From Eledone cirrhosa (Eukaryota), in NCBI GenBank assembly GCA_964016885.1, contig CAXHJY010000973.1:607914-671913 (forward strand): a DNA stretch of 64,000 nucleotides, written 5' to 3'. The notes beneath the pieces were generated by a model that ran no database searches, was not told where the DNA came from, and saw only the letters and a program-made list of their open reading frames with translations. Below are positions 15,001 to 29,838 of the stretch, in pieces. Numbering within the stretch: position 1 is the first letter of the stretch; each line of letters starts with the position of its first letter. Made by a program: the position numbers and the translations under genes.

Positions 15001-18000
15001 TTCTTTACTCCAGTGTAACTCTATTAACTACTCTGTACTCCAGTGTAACCATATTAAATACTCTGTACTCCAGTGTAACCATATTAAATACTCTCTACTC
15101 CAGTGTAACTATATAAACTACTCTCTACTCCAGTGTAATTATAGTAACTACTCTGTACCCCAGTGTAACTATATTAAATACTCTGTACTCCAGTGTAACT
15201 ATATTAACTACTCTATACTCCAGTGAAACAATATTAACTACTCTGTACCCCAGTGTAACTATATTACCTACTCTATACTCCAGTGTAACTATATTAACTA
15301 CTCTTTACTCCAATGTAACTATATTAACTACTCTGTACCCCAGTGTAACTATATTAACTACTCTGTACTCCAGTGTAACTATATTAACTACTCTCTACTC
15401 CAGTGTAACTATATTAACTACTCTGTACTCCACTGAAACTATATTAACTACTCTGTAATCCAGTGTAACTATAGTAACTACTCTGTACCCCAGTGTAACC
15501 ATATTAACTACTCTGTACTCCAGTGTAACTATATTAACTACTCTGTACTCCAGTGTAACTATATTAACTACTCTCTACTCCAGTGTAACCATATTAACTA
15601 CTCTGTACTCCAGTGTCACCATATTAACTACTCTATACTTCAGTGTAATTATATTAACTACTCTCTACTCCAGTGTAACTATATTATTAACTACTCTGTA
15701 CTCCAGTGTAACTATATTACCTACTCTATACTCCAGTGTAACTATATTAACTACTCTCTACTCCAGTGTAACTATATTAACTACTCTCTACTCCAGTGTA
15801 ACTATATTAACTACTCTCTACTCCAGTGTAACTATATTAACTACTCTGTGCTCCAGTGTAACTATATTAACTACTCTGTACTCCAGTGTAACTATATTAA
15901 CTACTCTCTACTCCAGTGTAACTATATTAACTACTCTATACTCCAGTGTAACTATATTAACTATTCTTTACTCCAGTGTAACTATATTAACTATTCTTTA
16001 CTCCAGTGTAACTATATTAACCATTCTTTACTCCAGTGTAACTATATTAACTACTATGTACACCAGTGTAACCATATTATTAACTACTCTGTACTCCAGT
16101 GTAACTATATTAACTACTCTGTAATCCAGTGTAATTATAGTAAGTACTCTGTACCCCAGTGTAACCATATTAACTACTCTGTACTCCAGTGTAACTATAT
16201 TAACTATTCTGTACTCCAGTGTAACTATATTAACTACTCTCTACTCCAGTGTAACTATATTAACTACTCTCTACTCCAGTGTAACTATATTAACTACTCT
16301 GTACCCCAGTGTAACTATATTAACTACTCTCTACTCCAGTGTAACCATAGTAACTACTCTCTACTCCAGTGTAACTATATTAACTACTCTATAGTCCAGT
16401 GTAACTATATTAACTATTTTTACTCCAGTGTAACCATATTAACTACTCTATACTTCAGTGTACCTATATTAACTACTCTCTACTCCAGAGTAACTATATT
16501 ATTAACTACTCTGTACTCCAGTGTAACTATATTACCTACTCTATACTCCAGTGTAACTATATTAACTACTCTATAGTCCAGTGTAACTATATTAACTATT
16601 CTTTACTCCAGTGTAACTCTATTAACTACTCTGTACTCCAGTGTAACCATATTAAATACTCTGTACTCCAGTGTAACTATATTAACTACTCTCTACTCCA
16701 GTGTAACTATATAAACTACTCTCTACTCCAGTGTAATTATAGTAACTACTCTGTACCCCAGTGTAACTATATTAAATACTCTGTACTCCAGTGTAACTAT
16801 ATTAACTACTCTATACTCCAGTGAAACAATATTAACTACTCTGTAACCCAGTGTAACTACATTAACTACTCTCTACTCCAGTGTAACTATATTAACTACT
16901 CTTTACTCCAGTGTAACTATATTAACTACTCTGTACCCCAGTGTAACTATATTAACTACTCTGTACTCCAGTGTAACTATATTAACTACTCTCTACTCCA
17001 GTGTAACTATATTAACTACTCTGTACTCCAGTGTAACTATATTAACTACTCTCTACTCCACTGAAACTATATTAACTACTCTGTAATCCAGTGTAACTAT
17101 AGTAACTACTCTGTACCCCAGTGTAACCATATTAACTACTCTGTACTCCAGTGTAACTATATTAACTACTCTGTACTCCAGTGTAACTATATTAACTACT
17201 CTCTACTCCAGTGTAACTATATTAACTACTCTATACTCCAGTGTAACGATATTAACTACTCTTTACTCCAGTGTAACTATATTAACTACTCTGTACCCCA
17301 GTGTAACTATATTAACTACTCTGTACTCCAGTGTAACTATATTAACTACTCTCTACTCCAGTGTAACTATATTAACTACTCTGTACTCCAGTGTAACTAT
17401 ATTAACTACTCTCTACTCCAGTGTAACCATATTAACTACTCTGTACTCCAGTGTCACCATATTAACTACTCTATACTTCAGTGTAATTATATTAACTACT
17501 CTCTACTCCAGTGTAATTATATTAACTACTCTGTACTCCAGTGTAACTATATTACCTACTCTATACTCCAGTGTAACTATATTAACTACTCTCTACTCCA
17601 GTGTAACTATATTAACTACTCTCTACTCCAGTGTAACTATATTAACTACTCTCTACTCCAGTGTAACTATATTAACTACTCTGTACTCCAGTGTAACCAT
17701 ATTAACTACTCTGTACTCAAGTGTAACCATATTAACTACTCTGTACTTCAGTGTAACTATATTAACTACTCTCTACTCCAGTGTAACTATATTAACTACT
17801 CTCTACTCTATTGTAACTATATTGACTACTCTGTACCCCAGTGTAACTATATTAACTACTCTGTACTCCAGTGTAACTATATTAACTACTCTATACTCCA
17901 GTGAAACAATATTAACTACTATGTACACCAGTGTAACCATATTATTAACTACTCTGTACTCCAGTTTAACACTATTATTAACTACTCTGTACTCCAGTGT

Positions 18001-21000
18001 AACTATATTAACTACTCTCTACTCCAGTGTAACTATATTAACTACTCTGTACTCCAGTGTAACTATATTAACTACTCTCTACTCCAGTGTAACTATATTA
18101 ACTACTCTATACTCCAGTGAAACAATATTAACTAATCTGTACTCCAGTGTAACCATAGTAACTACTCTCTACTCCAGTGTAACCATATTAACTACGCTGT
18201 ACTCCAGTGTAACCATATTAACTACGCTGTACTCCAGTGTAACTATATTAACTACTCTGTACCCCAGTGTAACTATATTAACTACTCTGTACTCCAGTGT
18301 AACTATATTAACTACTCTGTACTCCAGTGTAACTATATTAACTACTCTGTACCCCAGTGTAACTATATTAACTACTCTGTACCCCAGTGTAACCATATTA
18401 ACTACTCTGTACTTCAGTGTAACCCTATTATTAACTACTCTCTACTCCAGTGTAACCATATTAACTACTCTGTACTTCAGTGTAACCCTATTATTAACTA
18501 TTCTGTACCCCAGTGTAACTATATTAACTACTCTCTACTCCAGTGTAACCATATTAACTACGCTGTACTCCAGTGTAACCATATTAACTACTCTGTACCC
18601 CAGTGTAACTATATTAACTACTCTCTACTCCAGTGTAACCATAGTAACTACTCTCTACTCCAGTGTAACTATATTAACTACTCTGTACCCCAGTGTAACT
18701 ATATTAACTACTCTGTAATCCAGTGTAACTATAGTAAGTACTCTGTACCCCAGTGTAACCATATTAACTACTCTGTACTCCAGTGTAACTATATTAACTA
18801 CTCTCTACTCCAGTGTAACTATATTAACTACTCTGTACCCCAGTGTAACTATATTAACTACTCTCTACTCCAGTGTAACCATAGTAACTACTCTCTACTC
18901 CAGTGTAACTATATTAACTACTCTATACTCCAGTGTAACTATATTAACTATTCTTTACTCCAGTGTAACCATATTAACTACTCTGTACTCCAGTGTAACC
19001 ATATTAACTATTCTATACTTCAGTGTAACTATATTAACTACTCTCTACTCCAGTGTAACTATATTATTAACTACTCTGAACTCCAGTGTAACTATATTAC
19101 CTACTCTATACTCCAATGTAACTATATTAACTATTCTTTACTCCAGTGTAACTATATTAACTACTCTGTACTCCAGTGTAACCATATTAACTACTCTGTA
19201 CTTCAGTGTAACTATATTAACTACTCTCTACTCCAGTGTAACTATATTAACTACTCTCTACTCCAGTGTAACCATATTAACTACTCTGTACTCCAGTGTA
19301 ACTATATTAACTACTCTCTACTCCAGTGTAACTATATTATTAACTACTCTGAACTCCAGTGTAACTATATTACCTACTCTATACTCCAATGTAACTATAG
19401 TAAGTACTCTGTACCCATGTGTAACCATATTAACTACTCTGTACTCCAGTGTAACTATATTAACTATTCTGTACTCCAGTGTAACTATATTAACTACTCT
19501 CTACTCCAGTGTAACTATATTAACTACTCTCTACTCCAGTGTAACTATATTATTAACTACTCTGTACTCCAGTGTAACTATATTACCTACTCTATACTCC
19601 AGTGTAACTATATTAACTACTCTCTACTCCAGTGTAACTATATTAACTACTCTCTACTCCAATGTAACTATATTAACTACTCTGTACTCCAGTGTAACTA
19701 TATTAACTACTCTCTACTCCAGTGTAACTCTATTAACTATTCTTTACTCCAGTGTAACTATATTAACTATTCTTTACTCCAGTGTAACTATATTAACTAC
19801 TCTGTACTCCAGTGTAACCATATTAACTACTCTGTACTTCAGTGTAACTATATTAACTACTCTCTACTCCAGTGTAACTATATTAACTACTCTCTACCCC
19901 AGTGTAACTATATTAACTACTGTGTACTCCAGTGTAACTATATTAACTACTCTATACTCCAGTGAAACAATATTAACTACTATGTACACCAGTGTAACCA
20001 TATTATTAACTACTCTGTACTCCAGTGTAACCCTATTATTAACTACTCCGTACTCCAGTGTAACTATATTAACTACTCTATACTCCAGTGAAACAATATT
20101 AACTAATCTGTAGTCCAGTGTAACCATATTAACTACTCTCTACTCCAGTGTAACCATAATAACTACGCTGTACTCCAGTGTAACCATATTAACTACTCTG
20201 TACTCCAGTGTAACTATATTAACTACTCTGTACTTCAGTGTAACCCTATTATTAACTACTCTGTACTCCAGTGTAACTATAATAACTACTCTCTACTCCA
20301 GTGTAACCATAGTAACTACTCTCTGCTCCAGTGTAACTATATTAACTACTCTGTACTTCAGTGTAACTATATTAACTACTCTGTACTTCAGTGTAACTAT
20401 ATTAACTACTCTCTACCCCAGTGTAACTATATTAACTACTGTGTACTCCAGTGTAACTATATTAACTACTCTATACTCCAGTGAAACAATATTAACTACT
20501 ATGTACACCAGTGTAACCATATTATTAACTACTCTGTACTCCAGTGTATCCCTATTATTAACTACTCCGTACTCCAGTGTAACTATATTAACTACTCTAT
20601 ACTCCAGTGAAACTATATTAACTACTCTCTACTCCAGTGTAACTATATTACCTACTCTCTACTCCAGTGTAACTATATTAACTACTCTGTACTTCAGTGT
20701 AACCCTATTATTAACTACTCTGTACTCCAGTGTAACTATAATAACTACTCTCTACTCCAGTGTAACCATAGTAACTACTCTCTACTCCAGTGTAACTATA
20801 TTAACTACTCTGTACCCCAGTGTAACTATATTAACTACTCTCTACTCCAGTGTAACCATAGTAACTACTCTCTACTCCAGTGTAACTATATTAACTACTC
20901 TATACTCCAGTGTAACTATATTAACTATTCTTTACTCCAGTGTAACCATATTAACTACTCTGTACTCCAGTGTAACCATATTAACTACTCTATACTTCAG

Positions 21001-24000
21001 TGTAACTATATTAACTACTCTCTACTCCAGTGTAACTATATTATTAACTACTCTCTACTCCAGTGTAATTATATTACCTACTCTATACTCCAATGTAACT
21101 ATAGTAACTATTCTTTACTCCAGTGTAACTATATTAACTACTCTGTACTCCAGTGTAACCATATTAACTACTCTGTACTCCAGTGTAACTATATTAACTA
21201 CTCTCTACTCCAGTGTAACTATATTACCTACTCTATACTCCAATGTAACTATATTAACTATTCTTTACTCCAGTGTAACTATATTAACTACTCTGTACTC
21301 CAGTGTAACCATATTAACTACTCTGTACTCCAGTGTAACCATATTAACTACTCTGTACTCCAATGTAACTATATTAACTATTCTTTACTCCAGTGTAACT
21401 ATATTAACTACTCTGTACTTCAGTGTAACTATATTAACTACTCTGTACTTCAGTGTAACTATATTAACTACTCTCTACTCCAGTGTAACTATATTACCTA
21501 CTCTATACTCCAATGTAACTATATTAACTATTCTTTACTCCAGTGTAACTATATTAACTACTCTGTACTCCAGTGTAACCATATTAACTACTCTGTACTC
21601 CAGTGTAACCATATTAACTACTCTGTACTCCAATGTAACTATATTAACTACTCTGTACTCCAGTGTAACTATATTAACTACTCTGTAATCCAGTGTAACT
21701 ATAGTAAGTACTCTGTACCCCAGTGTAACCATATTAACTACTCTGTACTCCAGTGTAACTATATTAACTATTCTGTACTCCAGTGTAACTATATTAACTA
21801 CTCTCTACTCCAGTGTAACTATATTAACTACTCTGTACCCCAGTGTAACTATATTAACTACTCTCTACTCCAGTGTAACCATAGTAACTACTCTCTACTC
21901 CAGTGTAACTATATTAACTACTCTCTACTCCAGTGTAACTATATTAACTACTCTGTACCCCAGTGTAACTATATTAACTACTCTGTACTCCAGTGAAACA
22001 ATATTAACTACTATGTACACCAGTGTAACCATATTATTAACTACTCTGTACTCCAGAGTAACCCTATTATTAACTACTCTGTACTCCAGTGTAACTATAT
22101 TAACTACTCTGTACTCCAGTGAAACAATATGAACTAATCTGTACTCCAGTGTAACTACATTAACTACTCTCTACTCCAGTGTAACTATATTACCTACTCT
22201 CTACTCCAGTGTAACTATATTAACTACTCTGTACTCCAGTGTAACCATATTAACTACTATGTACTCTAGTGTAACTATATTAAGTACTCTGTACTCCAGT
22301 GTAACTATATTAAATACTCTATACTCCTGTGTAACTATAATAACTACTCTGTACTCCAGTGTAACTATATTAACTACTCTCTACTCCAGTGTAACTATAT
22401 TAACTACTCTGTACTCCAGTGTAACTATATTAACTACTCTGTAATCCAGTGTAACTATAGTAACTACTCTGTAATCCAGTGTAACCATATTAACTACTCT
22501 GTACTCCAGTGTAACTATATTAACTACTCTGTACTCCAGTGTAACTATATTAACTACTCTGTACTCCAGTGTAACTATATTAACTACTCTGTACCCCAGT
22601 GTAACTATATTAACTACTCTCTACTCCAGTGTAACTATATTAACTACTCTCTACCCCAGTGTAACTATATTAACTACTCTGTTCCCCAGTGTAACTATAT
22701 TAAATACTCTGTACTCCAGTGTAACTATATTAACTACTCTATACTCCAGTAAAACAATATTAACTACTCTGTACCCCAGTGTAACTATATTAACTACTCT
22801 CTACTCCAGTGTAACTATATTAACTACTCTCTACTCCAGTGTAACTATATTAACTACTCTCTACTCCAGTGTAACTATATTAACTACTCTCTACTCCAGT
22901 GTAACTATATTAACTACTCTGTACTCCAGTGTAACTATATTAACTACTCTCTACTCCAGTGTAACTATATTAACTACTCTATACTCCAGTGTAACTATAT
23001 TAACTACTCTGTACTCCAGTGTAACCATATTAACTACCCTGTACTTCAGTGTAACTATATTAACTACTCTCTACTCCAGTATAACTATATTAACTACTCT
23101 CTACTCCAGTATAACTATATTAACCACTCTGTACCCCAGTGTAACTATATTAACTACTCTGTACTCCAGTGTAACTATATTAACTACTCTATACTCCAGT
23201 GAAACAATATTAACTATTATGTACACCAGTGTAACCATATTATTAACTACTCTGTACTCCAGTGTAACCCTATTATTAACTACTCTGTACTCCAGTGTAA
23301 CTATATTGACTACTCTGTACTCCAGTGAAACAATATTAACTAATCTGTACTCCAGTGTAACCATAGTAACTACTCTCTACTCCAGTTTAACCATATTAAC
23401 TACGCTGTACTCCAGTGTAAACATATTAACTACGCTGTACTCCAGTGTAACCATATTAACTACGCTGTACTCCAGTGTAACTATATTAACTACTCTGTAC
23501 CCCAGTGTAACTATATTAACTACTCTGTACCCCAGTGTAACTATATTAACTACTCTATACTCCAGTGAAACAATATTAACTACGCTGTACTCCAGTGTAA
23601 CCATATTAACTACTCTGTACTTCAGTGTAACCCTATTATTAACTACTCTCTGCTCCAGTGTAACCATATTAACTACTCTGTACTTCAGTGTAACCCTATT
23701 ATTAACTACTCTGTACTCCAGTGTAACTATATTAACTACTCTCTACTCCAGTGTAACTATATTAACTACTCTCTACTCCAGTGTAACTATATTACCTACT
23801 CTCTACTCCAGTGTAACTATATTAACTACTCTATACTCCAGTGTAACCATATTAACTACTCTCTACTCCATTGTAACTATATTAACTACTCTCTACTCCA
23901 GTGTAACTATATTAACTACTCTGTACTCCAGTGTAACCATATTAACTACTCTGTACTCCAGTGTAACCATATTAACTACTCTATACTTCAGTGTAACTAT

Positions 24001-27000
24001 ATTATTAACTACTCTGTACTCCAGTGTAACCATATTAACTAAGCTCTACTCCAGTGTAACCATAGGAACTACTCTCTACTCCAGTGTAACTATATTAACT
24101 ACTCTGTACTCCAGTGTAACCATATTAACTACTCTGTACTTCAGTGTAACTATATTAACTACTCTCTACTCCAGTGTAACTATATTAACTACTCTATACC
24201 CCAGTGTAACTATATTAACTACTCTCTACTCCAGTGTAACTATATTAACTACTCTTTACTCCAGTGTAACTATATTAACTACTCTGTACCCCAGTGTAAC
24301 TATATTAACTACTCTGTATTCCAGTGTAACTATATTAACTACTCTATACTCCAGTGTAACTATATTAACTATTCTCTACTCCAGTGAAACTATAATAACT
24401 ACTCTGTACCCCAGTGTAACCATATTAACTACTCTGTACTCCAGTGTAACCATATTATTAACTACTCTGTACTCCAGTGTAACCATATTAACTACTCTAT
24501 ACTCCAGTGTAACCATATTAACTACCCTCTACTTCAGTGTAACCATATTAACTACTCTATACTCCAGTGTAACCATATTAACTACTCTGTACTCCAGTGT
24601 AACTATATTAACTACTCTATACTCTAGTGTAACTATTAACTACTCTCTACTCCAGTGTAACTATATTAAGTACTCTGTACTTCAGTGTAACTATATTAAC
24701 TACTCTGTACTTCAGTGTAACCCTATTATTAACTACTCTCTACTCCAGTGTAACTATATTAACTACTCTGTACTTCAGTGTAACTATATTAACTACTCTG
24801 TACTCCAATGTAACTATATTAACTACTCTCTACTCCAGTGTAACTATATTAACTACTCTATACTCCAGTGTAACTATATTACCTACTCTCTACTCCAGTG
24901 TAACTATATTAACTACTCTCTACTCCAGCGTAACTATATTACCTATTCTCTACTCCAGTGTAACTATATTAACTACTCTGTACTCCAGTGTAACCATATT
25001 AACTACTATGTACTCTAGTGTAACTATATTAACTACTCTGTATCCAGTGTAACTATATTAAATACTCTATACTCCTGTGTAACTATATTAACTACTCTGT
25101 ACTCCAGTGTAACTATATTAACTACTCTGTACTCCAGTGTAACTATATTAACTACTCTGTAATCCAGTGTAACTATAGTAACTACTCTGTACCCCAGTGT
25201 AACCATATTAACTACTCTGTACTCCAGTGTAACTATATTAACTACTCTGTACTCCAGTGTAACCATAGGAACTACTCTCTACTCCAGTGTAACTATATTA
25301 ACTACTCTGTACCCCAGTGTAACTATATTAACTATTCTTTACTCCAGTGTAACTATATTAACTACTCTCTACTCCAGTGTAACTATATTAACTACTCTGT
25401 ACTCCAGTGTAACTATATTAACTACTCTGTACCCCAGTGTAACTATATTAACTACTCTCTACTCCAGTGTAACCATAGGAACTACTCTCTACTCCAGTGT
25501 AACTATATTAACTACTCTGTACCCCAGTGTAACTATATTAACTATTCTTTACTCCAGTGTAACTATATTAACTACTCTGTACTCCAGTGTAACCATATTA
25601 ACTACTCTGTACTTCAGTGTAACTATATTAACTACTCTCTATTCCAGTGTAACTATATTAACTACTCTGTACTCCAGTGTAACTATATTAACTACTCTGT
25701 ACCCCAGTGTAACTATATTAACTACTCTGTACTCCAGTGTAACCATATTAACTACTCTGTACTTCAGTGTAACTATATTAACTACTCTCTACTCCAGTGT
25801 AACTATATTAACTACTCTCTACTCCAGTGTAACTATATTAACTACTCTCTACTCCAGTGTAACTATATTAACTACTCTGTACCCCAGTGTAACTATATTA
25901 ACTACTCTCTACTCCAGTGTAACTATATTAACTACTCTTTACTCCAGTGTAACTATATTAACTACTCAGTACCCCAGTGTAACTATATTAACTACTCTGT
26001 ACTCCAGTGTAACTATATTAACTACTCTATACTCCAGTGTAACTATATTAACTACTCTCTACTCCAGTGAAACTATAATAACTACTCTGTACCCCAGTGT
26101 AACCATATTAACTACTCTGTACTCCAGTGTAACCATATTATTAACTACTCTGTACTCCAGTGTAACCATATTAACTACTCTATACTCCAGTGTAACCATA
26201 TTAACTACCCTCTACTTCAGTGTAACCATATTAACTACTCTATACTCCAGTGTAACCATATTAACTACTCTGTACTCCAGTGTAACTATATTAACTACTC
26301 TATACTCTAGTGTAACTATTAACTACTCTCTACTCCAGTGTAACTATATTAAGTACTCTGTACTTCAGTGTAACTATATTAACTACTCTGTACTTCAGTG
26401 TAACCCTATTATTAACTACTCTCTACTCCAGTGTAACTATATTAACTACTCTGTACTCCGGTGTAACCATATTAACTACTATGTACTCTAGTGTAACTAT
26501 ATTAACTACTCTCTACTCCTGTGTAACTATATTAACTACTCTGTACTCCAGTGTAACTATATTAACTACTCTCTACTCCAGTGTAACTATATTAACTACT
26601 CTCTACTCCAGTGTAACTATATTAACTACTCTGTACTCCAGTGTAACTATATTAACTACTCTGTACTCCAGTGTAACTATATTAACTACTCTCTACTCCA
26701 GTGTAACTATATTAACTACTCTCTACTCCAGTGTAACTATATTAACTACTCTGTACTCCAGTGTAACTATATTAACTACTCTCTACTCCAGTGTAACTAT
26801 ATTAACTACTCTCTACTCCGGTGTAACCATATTAACTACTCTGTACTCCAGTGTAACTATATTAAATACTCTATACTCCTGTGTAACTATATTAACTACT
26901 CTGTACTCCAGTGTAACTATATTAACTACTCTCTACTCCAGTGTAACTATATTAACTACTCTCTACTCCAGTGTAACTATATTAACTACTCTGTACTCCA

Positions 27001-29246
27001 GTGTAACTATATTAACTACTCTGTAATCCAGTGTAACTATAGTAACTACTCTGTACCCCAGTGTAACCGTATTAACTACTCTGTACTCCAGTGTAACTAT
27101 ATTAACTACTCTGTACTCAAGTGTAACTATATTAACTACTCACTACTCCAGTGTAACCATATTAACTACTCTGTACTCCAGTGTCACCATATTAACTACT
27201 CTATACTTCAGTGTAACTATATTAACTACTCTCTACTCCAGTGTAACTATATTATTAACTACTCTGTACTCCAGTGTAACTATATTACCTACTCTATACT
27301 CCAGTGTAACTATATTAACTACTCTCTACTCCAGTGTAACTATATTAACTACTCTCTACTCCAGTGTAACTATATTAACTACTCTATATTCCAGTGTAAC
27401 TATATTAACTACTCTCTACTCCAGTGTCACCATATTAACTACTCTCTACTCCAGTGTAACTATATTATTACCTACTCTCTACTCCGGTGTAACTATATTA
27501 ACTACTCTCTACTCCAGTGTAACTATATTAACTACTCTCTACTCCAGTGTAACTATATTAACTACTATCTACTCCAGTGTAACTATATTAACTACTCTGT
27601 ACTCCAGTGTAACTATATTAACTACTCTATACTCCAGTGAAACAATATTAACTACTATGTACTCCAGCGTAACCATATTATTAACTACTCTGTACTCCAG
27701 TGTAACCCTGTTATTAACTACTCTGTACTCCAGTGAAACAATATTAACTACTCTGTACTCCAGTGTAACCATAGTAACTACTCTCTACTCCAGTGTAACC
27801 ATATTAACTATGCTGTACTCCAGTGTAACCATATTAACTACGCTGTACTCCAGTGTAACCATATTAACTACTCTGTACTTCAATGTAACCCTATTATTAA
27901 CTACTCTGTACTCCAGTGTAACTATATTAACTACTCTCTACTCCAGTGTAACTATATTACCTACTCTCTACTCCAGTGTAACTATATTAACTACTCTGTA
28001 CTCCAGTGTAACTATATTAACTACTCTGTACACCAGTGTAACTATATTAACTACTCTGTACTCCAGTGTAACTATATTAACTACTCTGTACTCCAGTGTA
28101 ACTATATTACCTACTCTATACTCCAGTGTTACTATATTAACTACTCTGTACACCAGTGTAACTATATTAACTATTCTGTACTCCAGTGTAACTATATTAA
28201 CTACTCTATACTCCAGTATAACTATATTAACTACTCTGTACCCCAGTGTAACCATAGGAACTACTCTCTACTCAAGTGTAACTATATTAACTACTCTCTA
28301 CTCCAGTGTAACTATATTAACTACTCTCTACTCCAGTGTAACTATATTAACTACTCTGTACCCCAGTGTAACTATATTAACTACTCTGTACCCCAGTGTA
28401 ACTATATTAACTACTCTCTACTCCAGTGTAACCATAGGAACTACTCTTTACTCCAGTGTAACTATATTAACTACTCTCTACCCCAGTGTAACTATATTAA
28501 CTATTCTTTACTCCAGTGTAACTATATTAACTACTCTGTACTCCAGTGTAACCATATTAACTACTCTGTACTTCAGTGTAACTATATTAACTACTCTGTA
28601 CCCGTGTAACTATATTAACTACTCTCTACTCCAGTGTAACTATATTAACTACTCTTTACTCCAGTGTAACTATATTAACTACTCTGTACCCCAGTGTAAC
28701 TATATTAACTACCCTGTACTCCAGTGTAACTATATTCACTACTCTATACTCCAGTGTAACTATATTAACTACTCTCTACTCCAGTGAAACTATAATAACT
28801 ACTCTGTACCCCAGAGTAACTATATTAACTACTCTCTACTCCAGTGTAACTATATTAACTACTCTTTACTCCAGTGTAACTATATTAACTACTCTGTACC
28901 CCAGTGTAACTATATTAACTACTCTGTACTCCACTGTAACTATATTAACTACTCTGTACTCCAGTGTAACTATATTAACTACTCTCTACTCCAGTGTAAC
29001 TATATTAACTACTCTGTACTCCAGTGTAACCATATTATTTACTCTGTACTCCAGTGAAACAATATTAACTACTCTGTACTCCAGTGTAACCATAGTAACT
29101 ACTCTCTACTCCAGTGTAACCATATTAACTACGCTGTACTCCAGTGTAACCATATTAACTACGCTGTACTCCAGTGTAACTATATTAACTACTCTGTACT
29201 CCAGTGTAACCCTATTATTAACTACTCTGTACTCCAGTGAAACCAT
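1..29246. repeat. 30-bp satellite array (consensus ACTACTCTGTACTCCAGTGTAACTATATTA), ~970 monomers, with higher-order repeats; runs off the left edge
   Basis: Direct 30-bp periodicity with recurrent variants (CTCT/CTGT/CTAT, CCAT/CTAT, +ATT 33-bp monomers). Identical ORF translations recur at offsets 8834, 9932 and 18766. Confidence 0.99.
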
Positions 29247-29261
29247 TCTAGTGCTGGGCAG

Positions 29262-29420
29262 AGAATCGGCAGAGTTATTAAACAGTTAGATAAAATAATT
29301 TGTGGTATTTGTTCCAGCTTTCTCTACTCTCTGAGTTCAAATCCCAGCAAGGTCAACTTTGTCTTTCATCCGTTTGAGATCAATAAAAAATATACCGACT
29401 CAGTACTGGAGTCAAGTAGA
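29262..29420 (+). mobile_element. Degenerate tRNA-derived SINE (family A)
   Basis: Pol III B-box-like GAGTTCAAATCCC at 29333-29345. The body AAGGTCAACTTTGTCTTTCATCC is related to the minus-strand copies at 31498 and 31630. Confidence 0.65.
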
Positions 29421-29480
29421 TTGGCTCTGGATAACATACATGAATATTGTTGATTAAATTTCAGAGAATTAGTTAGTTTT

Positions 29481-29715
29481 GCAGGTGCGTACTTGGGATA
29501 AAGGTGTTGGACTTACAATCATAATGTGTTCTTAGGAAAAACACTTAATGTTATATTGCTCCAGTATACACAGCTGAAAATGAGTACCAGCAATAGCTGG
29601 GGGTCAACCTTGCGTTTGACTGGCGTACTGTCGAGGGAGGAGTCTTGTACTTTGAGTCAGTTAATGCTACAGAAACTGGGATAAGCACTGGCCTGATCTG
29701 GGCTTCAGACAGACT
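29481..29715 (+). mobile_element. Degenerate CORE-like SINE (family B)
   Basis: TTGCTCCAGTATACACAGCTGAAAATGAGTACCAGCAATAG and GACTGGCGTACTGTC match the reverse complement of 31860-32125. Confidence 0.7.
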
Positions 29716-29838
29716 TTATACTTTTCAGTTAGTTTAGCATGTGGGTGACTGATAGGTTACTAGGTAACCAGCTAGAAAGTTAATAGTTTATATTCTGTTA
29801 GCAGAACTGTATTGCAGTTGTAACTGTGATGTTTGGCT

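Noticed and set aside
1128-28787. Long ORFs (YSSVTILTTL / LQCNYINYS repeats, up to 599 aa)
   Set aside because: They are a by-product of a 30-bp unit (a multiple of 3) lacking stops in several frames. Stops and frame switches occur at random, and there is no unique coding flank.
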